A DNA stretch of 63,311 nt, the filler included, from Licmophora abbreviata (Eukaryota), in NCBI GenBank assembly GCA_900291995.1. It is 25 parts of 25 records of this genome, joined end to end, with 100 filler letters (N's around TTAATTAATTAA, not from the genome) between each part and the next. Parts side by side here need not be neighbours in the genome. Positions count along the whole stretch, not along the records: positions 35,502 to 42,325 come from OLMU01005933.1; positions 42,426 to 45,586 come from OLMU01005934.1; positions 45,687 to 47,215 come from OLMU01005936.1; 22 more parts are not named here. The stretch is one strand, 5' to 3'. A program made the translations under genes and the position numbers. Below the pieces are notes generated by a model. It saw nothing but the letters and a program-made list of their open reading frames with translations, searched no databases and was not told the origin of the DNA. Positions 35,502 to 45,694 of the stretch are shown piece by piece. Numbering within the stretch: the stretch's first letter is position 1; each line of letters starts with the position of its first letter.

Positions 35502-38500
35502 TCTGCTGCTGGAAGGAGACCGCGAACAGCGAGGGGTCCGGATGCTAGTTTGTATGCAGCGGCGGCCATGGAAGTGGTGAATGTGCTGGCAGACCAGGCC
35601 GGCGACGGGGGACAAGGGAAGGAAGGGTCATGGCGACCAAAGAGGAAGGCGTGGGCAAAGTAGCCGATGTCACCCAGGTGACCAACGGTGAAAGGTAGGA
35701 GTTGGATACGGCTGTGAGTGAGGGCAGCAATATCAAGGTGGCTGTTTGGGTTGTTGGCACGTCCCTCGAATTTTTGCTTCGCTGCTTGCTCGTGCCGGGA
35801 TCTAGCGGAAACCGCTTTGGGTGTTGGGGCAGAGAGCAAGGAGGGAGTAGGGGGAGGTGGAATAGTAACGTCAATGGCGACGTAACGGGAAGGAGCAAGG
35901 GAAGTAGCAGGAAGATAGGTGGGAGAAAGGGTAACACCAATGTCAGCAGGACGGGAGTTGGAGTCCGGAATGAGATGAGTTGGTTCGGAGACTACACAGT
36001 GATGGGAAGAAGCATAGCCGGCTAAGGGGCAGAGCTTGCGGCACAGAAGAGTAAGTGTGTCGCGAAGTGTGTGATGAAGGGGGGTTTTGCTTGAATGGCG
36101 ACATTGAAACAGGTGGTCGCCCAGCGGATCTAAGCGTTTGCCACAGGTGCAAAGCTGATCTTGAAGAACGGAGGGGAGGCACGGAAGTCGCAGCTTACGT
36201 TGCATAGCGATGCGAAAAGTAGCATTGTCAAGACGATTAGCCACCACGCGACGGGAGGTTTGGGTGAGCGCGAGACTAATCCATGGGGTAGTCGTTGCCT
36301 GAGCATTGGCAGAAAGGGAAGGGGATGTATGAAGAGGCGAATGGCGAACTTGCTTGAAATGCTTGCGGCAAACATCGCGCTGAAGGCCAGGAAGGTTGAG
36401 GCGCGTGGCCAGTTGAGTGAGATGATAGGAAGCGTCGCCGAGGGAAGGATCCGGGCCGCGTCGAGGGGGCCGAATGTGAAACTTGGCAAGCGCGGTGCCG
36501 AAGGAATGGTATAGATGGAAGAGGCGAGAGGACGGAGCTTGCCACCCGGCGAGAAGGAACCGAAGTGGAGCAGGAAGGTGAGCAGTAGGGGTGCCAGGCA
36601 AAATAATACCGTTGGTGGCAATGCGGAGGGAACGTGTGACCGAGATGACAAACGCCGGAATAGCGGAGACGGAAGGCGCCCGGTAACCAAGGCCCCCAAG
36701 ATTAGAAGGCAGAATTGCTAAATGACTGGCATGCGGTGGCAGGGTGTCACTGACATCAGTGATGCGAGTGAGGAAGGAGTGCAGGATAGCATCCGCACGA
36801 GCAACAAAAGGAGAGCGCCAAGCAAAGAGAGATGTTGACGCCGCAGGAGAGGCGAGATCAGCGTTGTGATAGAAGTCGGTAGCCAAGAGGTGGGAGATCG
36901 TAGTTTGCAAACATAAGCGATAGACAGTAGACTGAGTCTGTAAATCCGGGAGTGTGCGTAAGAGAGCGTTGACATAGTGTAGCAGGGCGTCAGCTTTTGT
37001 TTGGAGGAAATGAGCCGCAAAAGCACGACTCCCAACCGGATGGCCTAGGAGGCGGAGGCCGGAAGTGAGTTCGGCCGCTGGCGGAAGAATAGAAGCTGCT
37101 TGACGCAGTGCGGCAGCGATGGCCGACGGGCAAAGCGGATGAACAGAAGGCGAAGCACCCGAGACACTAGAAAGGAATTTTGTCTTGGAAAGGTTAAGGC
37201 AAACTCCATGGGGAGCACCCAGTTCCGCAAAGCGGCGAAGGAAGAAAGGAAGATCAATGGTGTGCAGCAAAGCCAAAGTATCATCCAGATACTGCATTGA
37301 GGCAGAAGGCGCTGCAGCGGGATCGTGAGAAGTACGCGAAGACGCTGTGGGGGAGCGAAGGCGAATGCGAGTTCGGAGTTCTTCGTGTAAAGGACGAAGC
37401 ACTGCAAAAAGGACCAAGGAAGCATAGAATGGGGCCATGGGGTCTCCTTGCGCGAAACCTTCAGGTTGCGTGAATGAGTCCCAGTGGTTAGTTGTGTCGC
37501 GATACCAGCATGTGTTATGGTCGGCGTAGATAAGATCGAAGAATGGGAGAAGGGAAGGAAAGTGAACCGAAAGCATATGACGGCAAGAGTCGCGAGAACA
37601 TGCATTGAACATGTTAGTAATGTCCAAGGCAAGAAGGGCATATGCGGGAGGAGGTGCGTCCCCATCTGCAGAAGGAGACAAAAATTGATCAATAAAAGCA
37701 TGAGCGGCGTGGACAATGGCGTCCATGCCCCCTGGAATACCAATGCCCAATTGCCCTTCAGTGATGAGAAGACTAGCAAATTGTTGGCCCTGTAGGTGCA
37801 TTAACAGGGCTCCAAGGACTCTGCGATAACTGGTACCAGCCCCAATAGGACGGAGTTTGGAAGGATCAAGGGGGTCCTTGTGTAGCGCAAGGAAGTAGTT
37901 ACTGCGTAGTAGAGAAGTGGCCAAAGGAGGAAGCTCTCCCGCAAATAACACATCGGCCACAGCCACAAAACTCGCAGCATATGGAAAGGTAGGAGAATCG
38001 CCGGGGTTGAGGGGGGGTTCAGAATGAAGAATCATGTCACGGAGCACATCCGTGTAGTCGCCAAAAGGACCAGCGGCAGAACCACGTTTCAATTTGCGGC
38101 ATGCAGCAAATAGGGCCGAATGAGGAATAGGAATGGAGGTGGTCTGACGGACAGCACGGGATTGGGAACGGGTGCGAGGGCCCGCGGTAGTGGGAAGGGT
38201 CGTAGAAGCCGGAGAGCAACGGGGAGGGTAGAGGGAGCTAATGCGATCCAAATTGTCGGCATCGAGGCACGCCACGGGCATAGTAGAGTCAATGCGAGCG
38301 GCACAAGCAGAGAAGTTGTCAAGGTCAGCCGCTGCTTGGGCGTGACGGTTGGAGCGAGAACTGTATTCATCAGTAGGAACGAGGGTAGCATCGACTGCAT
38401 CATCACGGATACGGTGGCTTGCCGATGGAGGGTCAATGGAGTAAAGGGCATCATAAAGAAGACGGATGCGACCTTCTTCAAACAGCTTGAGACGAGCGGC

Positions 38501-39169
38501 CACCACGGCATCAGGGGAACGTGTCTTAGCATGTTTGCCTGGATGAAGGATAAGAGGTTGAAATAAAAACAACAGGACAAAAGGGAGGTCGGAGGAACGT
38601 TGAAAGGTTGGCAAAGGCGACACTGACGGGGGTGTGTCAAAACGGGGTACGGTTGCCGCGCACGCTTGGTGAAGGCGAGATAAAGTGGCGAAAAGGGCAT
38701 GATGAGTGGCGCGTGACAGTGAGTAATAAATGTTGGTACGGATGTTGGGAGGTGAAGGGGGATGGACTTCAAAGTGGGCCTGCAACCATGCAAAGCTATC
38801 GTGCCATGCCGTGGGGGAAGCAGAGGGAAAGTGCTGAGTGAACACCGCTGATGTTGTGGAGGAGCGGGTGTAAGAATGCATCGTACGGTGATGTTGGCGT
38901 AAACCAGATGCGTGTAGATAAATAGTATTAGGATCAGAATTAAAGCGATGATTACAATCCCGACAGAAGGATAAAGGACAGGAAGAAGAGGATGGAATGT
39001 CAGCAGGGCGGTGTAAAGTATGCTGAGGGTCACTGCGAAGATGCGAACGAAGAAGTTTGAGACATTCTGTTCGCTGGGCGGAAGGAGCCGAGCGCCTAGT
39101 ATCCGGGGTCGTCCACCGACATGTAGGAAGGGGACAACACAGGGGCGCCGGGGGCGTTGAAAGACTCAT
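35502..39169 (-). CDS. Retrotransposon ORF2: C2H2 zinc fingers, reverse transcriptase, zinc knuckle, PD-(D/E)xK restriction-like endonuclease (3' truncated)
   Basis: CPLPTC..HLRSDPQH and CRDC..HHRTMH; RT motifs SAAGP.G, KLRPIG, QLGIG..GG, LDITNMFN, GFAQGDP, YLDD (37280-37291), LNLSKT, LLGHPVG, LP..GGLG; CTCG..DPLGDHLFQC..H; RPAD..AIDVT..K. Confidence 0.92.
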
Positions 39170-42100
39170 GTGGCGTTCGCTGCCGGACTCGGGTCTGTCG
39201 GGACCGAAGGCGGTAGCTGGGAATCAGTAGGGTTGCTAGCAGCAGCAGCAACATCATTGAAGAACAATGCAACGTCTGCAAGCGTGAAGTGCGGAGCAAT
39301 AGTCGGATGTTGAGCAACACCAAGAAGCAAGCGCGAGGTCTCACCAAGATCAGGGAGGGGCGCTGAAGCAGATGTTGGGTACAAGGCATCGACCATGTGA
39401 TGAAGATGCAAGAAAGGGAAAAGAGCCGAGGTTTCAGGATGAGCTCCAGTGTGTGCGAGAGTGCGAAACCAAACAAGGTGAGTAGGCGAGGTTTCCATGC
39501 GGGACTGCAAACGACCCAGAATTGCTCGGTCGCGAGGGGAAATATGGTTGCCACGTAGAGAAATGGGAAGGCGACTCTCAGGGGAGGGCGGCAAAACCGA
39601 AGATTCCTGCGAGAATTGGCTGGCCGGTAAGGAGTCGTCAGCAGGTGTTGGTGAGTGGTAGGTATAAGGCACATCCGAGTCAGCGAGGAGGTCGGTGGAG
39701 TTGTCATCGAAGGCATCCGGCGGTGAAGAAATATGCTCCGCATCGTCAGCGTCGGCATCTAGCGGATGGTCAACTGTCATAGGGGAAGGAGAACGAGAGC
39801 GAGTGGGAAGCAACGGGGGGCCGTCCCGTACAGCCCTGGCAAGGGAGGAGAGACGTGGGGACGTTGGTTGGGTGTCGACGGCAGGTGGGAGTGGGCCAGA
39901 TGGAGGCGTCGTGTTCCCGTCATGGGAAAGCTGTTGCGGTGACTGCGGGGAGGCGCGTTGTTCCCAACACGTGGGGACAGGCGAGGGAGGAGGGACGGGC
40001 GAAGCAGAAGGGGGCGTGGGCACAGATGCGGTTGTTGTAGCCGTTGGAGAAGAACGGGCAGAATCCGAGTTGAGGCGCGAAGGGCGCGTCGGGGTGACAG
40101 CCACTGCCACAGTAGGGCGTGAACGCTTATGCACTGGCTGAGGATCAAGGGAGACAGCCGAAACGTCGAGTGAGGAACCGCGTGAGAACTCAGTAGTGTG
40201 AGGCGTACCGGGACGCTGGGCACAGAAGTCAGCAAAACGCGCTGCACGTGTATTCCGCTGCGCACGAAGAGAACCGCGGGAAGATGTGGGAGCGGTGACC
40301 GAGGCCGGAGAAGGAACGGATTCCAACGGAGCCGTCGGAAGGAGAAGGTCGCGAGGAAGGAGCATGTGAAGCGAGTTGGTGCGACTGAATCGGAGTGTGT
40401 CCTGAGTGACAAAAAAACCGATCTCATAGCGGGCAGGATAAGCAAAGGCGTCATCATAGACTGGGGCCAAGCAACGAACCGAGGGAAGACCCAACAGACG
40501 TTGGATATCGCGCGACGAGGTCAACTGGACAGGGACTGGGCGCCACAAAGTATGGTCAGCTTGCAACTGATCCAACACAGCTGATTGAGTGGTAGTCGCC
40601 AAGGTAAGAGAATGAGACGAAGCAACCGCTTCGACACCCACTGGAATACCATACAAGCGTAGGTTGTGTGATCCCACAAAGGAAGCGAAGAGTTTGAAAT
40701 GAGCCAAGGATTGGGCATGAATGCCATAGAAAGGGAGGTGCTTGGGACCGTAGCGGGCCAAGACGCGAAACCCTATAACCCGGTTGAAGGCATAGAAATC
40801 GGATCCCAATGAGAGGCTAGTGGGATGAGTGAAGGAAGGCGTGAGTTGAGCCTCCTGTGCTTCATGATAATGCTCCCACAGGGAGTACAACAGGCCTTGA
40901 AGAGCACGGTAGGAGGTGCCGAAACGGGGCGGTGCCGGACCTAAGAGTAAACCTTGAAGTTGATGTTCAAAGGTGTTAACCGGGGGAAGGAAGATGTCCA
41001 AGAATGGCGCCCAGGGGTTGCCGGAAGGGGGATTGGGGCGAGAGCGACCGGGCGTAGGCGGTGGGTCAGTAGGATGGAAATGGTGCCAGCGTTGAGTCAC
41101 AAAGGCAATGATTTGGTCTTCGAACAACTCAGAGTCATATTGGTCTTCTGTAGCCGCGGGAGCGAGGATAATGCGATATCGTTGACAATACGTAGGTCGT
41201 GAAGAAATGGTCTCTTGTTGAATGGGACCAGTCGAGTAGTCATAAACGTATGCAGTGACATAGGCATGAGCATGAGCAAGGAGGGACTTATCAATAATGG
41301 ACGTCAATGCTTTGGCGGAGAATTCTTCAGCCGGGGGGGAGAGGCCAAAGCGATCCTGAAGGTGGATTCGAGCGTCAAGGCATCGAAAATCGGCCGGACC
41401 ATCAGGGGGTGAAGGCGGCGGAAACGAATGTTGGAATGGCGAGTATCCGTCGTGAGCTGACATAGTCGTGCAGGGAGAGAGAGAGAAACAGCTAGCCCAA
41501 AAAAGAAATGCGGGCAAAAGCGGGGAACGCGTCGGGACAGAAGAAATGCGAGAAGCAAAAAAGGTGGGAAGCCTGGGAAGGGAAAAGAAAGACAGTGCCA
41601 GCGAGAAGCGGGAAGTCGTGAATGGGCGAAGAACCCATCGTACCAATGTACAGAAAGGAAAGCAGAGGAAAAAGCGGAAGAATATTGGACATATACAGAC
41701 ACGTAGGGTAAAGATTTCCTGTGCCAGCTGGAAAGAGGAAGTCCCGCAAGAGTCGACCCGGGACTTGAGCGGAAACGTTAAGTGTGGAACACAAGGCTCC
41801 CGTAAAGAGCACAAAACAGAAGTCCCACAAAAGAAAGAAAGAGACGCCGACTCATGAGACATAGTGACAAATCGTGAGAAAGAAAAGGGAGAGTGTACGG
41901 GCAAATGTAGCACATGTACAATGTGGCCCGCAAAGAGTACCACTGCAGTCGTGTAGAACAAGGAAAGGAAAGGGGAAAGGAGTTCGAAATGGGAAAACGC
42001 GGGAGGAGGTAAAGCGGGGCAAAAATGCTGCGAGAGTAAAGAACACAACATAATGAGAAGGATGGACATCGGGGAATAAGCCACCCAAAAGGAGAGGAGG

Positions 42101-42318
42101 GAGAAAGACATGTCGCAAGGGGGGGAGGGCAAGCGAGAGCGAGAGAAAGGGTAAAAGAAGAGGGAAGAGAGGGTGTGGTCGGAGCCCAGAAGGATGGAGG
42201 CAGTTTCGAATTCCCAAAAAAGGGAGGCGATAACAGGAGAGCTGTTAGGTGGAGCAGGAGGACCGGGACCCGTGGGGCGAACCGGGGAAGGCAGGAAACC
42301 ATAGGTGTTGGCCATCAT
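39166..42318 (-). CDS. Retrotransposon ORF1, unknown function (1050 aa from ATG 42318, or 765 aa from ATG 41463)
   Basis: Uninterrupted frame; its TGA overlaps the ORF2 ATG (ATGA at 39169-39166). It has a globular-looking middle region, a Pro/Ser-rich spacer and a helical-looking C-terminal region. Confidence 0.75.
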   Translation of the reverse strand: MMANTYGFLPSPVRPTGPGPPAPPNSSPVIASLFWEFETASILLGSDHTLSSLFFYPFSRSRLPSPPCDMSFSLLSFWVAYSPMSILLIMLCSLLSQHFCPALPPPAFSHFELLSPFLSLFYTTAVVLFAGHIVHVLHLPVHSPFSFSRFVTMSHESASLSFFCGTSVLCSLREPCVPHLTFPLKSRVDSCGTSSFQLAQEIFTLRVCICPIFFRFFLCFPFCTLVRWVLRPFTTSRFSLALSFFSLPRLPTFFASRISSVPTRSPLLPAFLFWASCFSLSPCTTMSAHDGYSPFQHSFPPPSPPDGPADFRCLDARIHLQDRFGLSPPAEEFSAKALTSIIDKSLLAHAHAYVTAYVYDYSTGPIQQETISSRPTYCQRYRIILAPAATEDQYDSELFEDQIIAFVTQRWHHFHPTDPPPTPGRSRPNPPSGNPWAPFLDIFLPPVNTFEHQLQGLLLGPAPPRFGTSYRALQGLLYSLWEHYHEAQEAQLTPSFTHPTSLSLGSDFYAFNRVIGFRVLARYGPKHLPFYGIHAQSLAHFKLFASFVGSHNLRLYGIPVGVEAVASSHSLTLATTTQSAVLDQLQADHTLWRPVPVQLTSSRDIQRLLGLPSVRCLAPVYDDAFAYPARYEIGFFVTQDTLRFSRTNSLHMLLPRDLLLPTAPLESVPSPASVTAPTSSRGSLRAQRNTRAARFADFCAQRPGTPHTTEFSRGSSLDVSAVSLDPQPVHKRSRPTVAVAVTPTRPSRLNSDSARSSPTATTTASVPTPPSASPVPPPSPVPTCWEQRASPQSPQQLSHDGNTTPPSGPLPPAVDTQPTSPRLSSLARAVRDGPPLLPTRSRSPSPMTVDHPLDADADDAEHISSPPDAFDDNSTDLLADSDVPYTYHSPTPADDSLPASQFSQESSVLPPSPESRLPISLRGNHISPRDRAILGRLQSRMETSPTHLVWFRTLAHTGAHPETSALFPFLHLHHMVDALYPTSASAPLPDLGETSRLLLGVAQHPTIAPHFTLADVALFFNDVAAAASNPTDSQLPPSVPTDPSPAANAT

Positions 42319-42515
42319 GGTTGTTNNNNNNNNNNNNNNNNNNNNNNNNNNNNNNNNNNNNNNNNNNNNTTAATTAATTAANNNNNNNNNNNNNNNNNNN
42401 NNNNNNNNNNNNNNNNNNNNNNNNNTCCAATCTTGCGAATGATGAGGCTATACCACCCGCCGAGGACGATCATTCCTGCAAGGTTGAAGACAATGCGAGT
42501 TATGAGGGCGCCGGT

Positions 42516-43397
42516 GTGGAGAGAAAGAGACTGTTTCGGAGGTCAAAGAAAGATAGAACCAGTGCACGCGGCGAGGACATCGCGGGAGCTGCAATTGCCG
42601 CTGGTGGGACCATTGCTATATTGCCGACAAAGAACAAAACCAAAAAGAAGAACAAGAAGAAAAAGACGAACGAGAAGAGTGTCCAGTACTTCAAAGCTCA
42701 GGTAATAACGAACAAGGATGATGAGAGCGAAGTTAGTAACGCGTCCTCAGACGTAAGATCAGTGCGGGCATACGAAGACGTGAATGAGAAGCTAAAAAAC
42801 ATCGACGACGCTTCGCTTGACTCCCTCGGTGCGATCTACTGCCCTCCCATATCTCCGCCGAGGGACGAGAGAGAAGTTACACAGAGTGAGTCCTCCAACC
42901 GCCCCACGTTTGTGGATGCCCCCAAGCTGGATGCGCGAGTTTTAACGGCGGACAGCTGGAGCAGCCTATTGTCGGGAGATTCGTTGGCGAACTTGATGTC
43001 TCGTGTCGATAAGGCGGAAGAGGAAGAGTTGGAGCCCAGAATCTTCCCTGCGAGTGATCCAAGAGAAACTAGCACGTCAAGGAGTCTTAATGGCTCGTTC
43101 ATTGGAAAACAGGCGAAATCCGTCAAAAAGCGCCTTGGCGCGATTCGACGCCGGGGAAGTAGGAAAACGCTTGGCGTGATTCGACGCCGGGGAAAGAAGA
43201 GCGAAGTTACCGACCCCGCTGTCTGGATCCATGTCAAGTCTGACGGAGGCGACGAGGAGATTGAGGCCCAGCCTCCTGTGGTATGGGCAATTTCTAGACC
43301 TATGTCTTTGAACGAGGGGGCTGACTTTGATGACGACGACAGAAGTGCTCTCACCATGGACGAAGCCTTGACCTGCATGGTCGACACCTATGGGTAA
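42516..43397 (+). CDS. Hypothetical low-complexity, charged protein (5' end probably in gap)
   Basis: Open frame of about 293 aa or more, with Lys/Arg clusters and Ser/Asp-rich tracts; no recognisable domain. Confidence 0.5.
   Translation: MERKRLFRRSKKDRTSARGEDIAGAAIAAGGTIAILPTKNKTKKKNKKKKTNEKSVQYFKAQVITNKDDESEVSNASSDVRSVRAYEDVNEKLKNIDDASLDSLGAIYCPPISPPRDEREVTQSESSNRPTFVDAPKLDARVLTADSWSSLLSGDSLANLMSRVDKAEEEELEPRIFPASDPRETSTSRSLNGSFIGKQAKSVKKRLGAIRRRGSRKTLGVIRRRGKKSEVTDPAVWIHVKSDGGDEEIEAQPPVVWAISRPMSLNEGADFDDDDRSALTMDEALTCMVDTYG
43134..43194 (+). repeat. 36-bp-period coding tandem duplication
   Basis: cttggcgcgattcgacgccggggaa and cttggcgtgattcgacgccggggaa encode LGAIRRRG and LGVIRRRG. Confidence 0.8.
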
Positions 43398-43486
43398 CGC
43401 AAATAGTCAGACAATCTGAGCGATCTTCATAGCGTCGTTTCGAAGTTTCGATAAAGGGTAATTAGATTATGCTTGGTAGGTAGCAT

Positions 43487-44650
43487 TCACAACCCCACCG
43501 CTTCCATGCACTTCGCAGTCTTGATTATGTCTACATTTCCGCCACACAGGATAATGCCAACATTTCGAATGCCATCATCGGCCGAGTACTTTCGTCGAAA
43601 CTCTTCCGACATGGCCACTGCAACGCCGACGCCTGCACTTGGTTCAATGCAAACCTTCAATCGCTCCCAGACCATCTTTGTTGCCCGAAGAATGCTCTCT
43701 TCTGAAACAGTCATGATATCGTCCACCAAGTCGCGTACAATGGGGAATGTGTGTGGGCCGAGAGGCATCTTCAGTCCATCTGCTACGCTATCGAGCTTGT
43801 TATCAGGTTGATGGTTTAGAAGCTTACTTGCCTCAAAGCTTCTTTTGGCGTCGTCCAGTTTGGCAGGTTCGGCCAGAATGATCTGCCGATAACGTAAGCC
43901 AGATTGTCGTGTTAGCTACGATGTACAAATGTGCGGCTGGGTGCCTTCTGACATAGCTAGCAGACTCACCTTGATCTTATCTCCGAGTACCGGTAAGCCG
44001 CGCAGTGCAATCGCATTGCCAGCTCCCAGGCCACCTCCTCCAACAGGAATAATGATTGCATCAAGCTCACTTCCTGAGTAACTTTCTTCCATTTGATCCA
44101 CAAGCTCCAGGCAAACAGTCCCTTGCCCTGCGATTACACTCGGATACTCGCTCGGATGAATGAAGGTTCCCCCCGTCTCTTCGACAACTCTATCTGCTCC
44201 AGCCTTCCGTGCCTCATTCGTGTTGTCCACCAAGACCACGTTTCCACCAAACCCCCGGACTGCTGCTTGCTTGATGTCAGGAGCATTCCGTGGCATGACA
44301 ATCGTCGCCGACACCGTCGTGGATTCAGTACATGCCATTTTCGCCGCCAGAGCTAGTGCCTGAGCATGATTTCCGGATGAATGTGTCACGACATGTAAAC
44401 TGTCGCTCCCTGTACTAGTACTACTCAGGAGACTCTTGACGGCATTGAACGCGCCCCGGAACTTGAAGGATCCCGTCCGTTGCATCGCCTCGACTTTGAA
44501 GAAGAGAGAGTGGTCTGGCGTGTTAAAACTTGAAGAGGTGAGCACGGGAGTACGATAGGCCACACCTTCGATGCGTTTGGAGGCCGCTAGTACATCCTCA
44601 AATCCAATGCAGTGGTCCTCAGGACGCTGCGCCGTCAACACTACCGTCAT
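43487..44650 (-). CDS. Serine racemase / threonine dehydratase-like PLP enzyme (fold type II); 2 exons
   Basis: RTPVLTS, FKVEAMQRTGSFKFRGA (PLP Lys), HSSGNHAQA, AGQGTV, PVGGGGL, IEPSAGV and ILCGGNVD; intron 43883-43969; no regulatory ACT domain. Confidence 0.9.
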
Positions 44651-45176
44651 GGTCAAACACACGGAGGGACAGCGAATTGTGAATGGGTATGCCAGGCCGG
44701 GAGACTGGACCGGCGTCCGGCCGGCCTGATGACGTAGGCATTGTAAGTAATTAAATATTTTGTTATTATTGAAACGTACATAATAACATATGTTATTATT
44801 GACATGCATAAATATGGTTTGATTACACTGTAAAACGTAATGCATCATAATGGACCTCAAATAGTTGACATGTTCAGTGTTCTCATTTTCAATCTTCTGT
44901 TTACATAGTATGATTTTTTTAATCCTTGAAAGAAAGACGGAATCTTCAAGTTCAGTCGGTCCGTACTGGACTGATGATCCGGACTTGAACCCGGCTGTGA
45001 GGCTTTTCAGTGATGATCGGCGGACGTCAGATGGCGGATCAGTTCGAGGAAAAGGGATAGTGCCGGTTTCTTGTCATTTCCGTGTGTTTCGTCACTCGTT
45101 CGCCTATCAAATAGAGTCGCCTACTGCTATCTTTGAACGAGAAAGTTTCATTTTGGAGCTGCGACACTTTCAAGGA

Positions 45177-45586
45177 ATGAAAGCATCGATCACCACAGTT
45201 GGCTGCTACGCTGTTGCCATCATTGTTTCCCTGCTGTGTGCAGCCGCCGTTCGAGGAGCGCCTCGCCTCTTTTTCGCGAGCGCAGCGTTCAGCTCTTCGA
45301 GACCGGTTATTTCAAGAAGATCTGCCCTTGTGAAGCGTCGATTTCTGAGCAAGAGAAGTTTGCCGTCATCGTCGGGCGAGGCGGGCGACGACGATTTGGA
45401 GCGCTGGGAGCGCATGTACAACCAAGGCAGGTCCAGCAGCACTATGGCTGACGAGAGCGACACCGATGTCATCCCAAGTGCGTCACAAAGCCATGAGATT
45501 CGGGTCGTTACTTTTGATCTGGATAATACGCTCTGGAAGACCTCGGCGACCATTGCGAGTGCCAACGATGCGTTGGCAACATTCTT
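45177..45586 (+). CDS. HAD-superfamily hydrolase, 5' part
   Basis: N-terminal hydrophobic presequence, then HAD motif I VVTFDLDNTLW; truncated by gap. Confidence 0.75.
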
Positions 45587-45694
45587 NNNNNNNNNNNNNN
45601 NNNNNNNNNNNNNNNNNNNNNNNNNNNNNNTTAATTAATTAANNNNNNNNNNNNNNNNNNNNNNNNNNNNNNNNNNNNNNNNNNNNGTCGATGT

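Larger units (their letters stand above)
35502..42325 (-). mobile_element. Non-LTR retrotransposon of RLE type, CRE-like clade, two ORFs; both termini lie in gaps
   Basis: The whole contig is intronless, has a strongly C/T-rich sense strand and carries two long uninterrupted ORFs; ORF2 has ZnF + RT + restriction-like endonuclease. Confidence 0.9.

Noticed and set aside
35545..40457. Long alternative-frame ORFs inside the retroelement (e.g. 38089-39033, 37045-37779, 39777-40457)
   Set aside because: These are Leu/Pro/Ser-rich shadows of an A-poor sense strand that rarely forms stop codons; no motifs.
42200..42325. Possible HDV-like self-cleaving ribozyme at the retroelement 5' end (gcc-ttcccc-ggt, ctaa)
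   Set aside because: I could not build convincing P1 and P2 pairings by eye, and the true 5' end lies in the gap. An RNAMotif/Infernal search on the full terminus is needed.
44720..44990. Two CTGATGA motifs next to hairpins (hammerhead core or C/D box)
   Set aside because: There is no stem II closed by GAAA at the right spacing and no matching C/D terminal stem.
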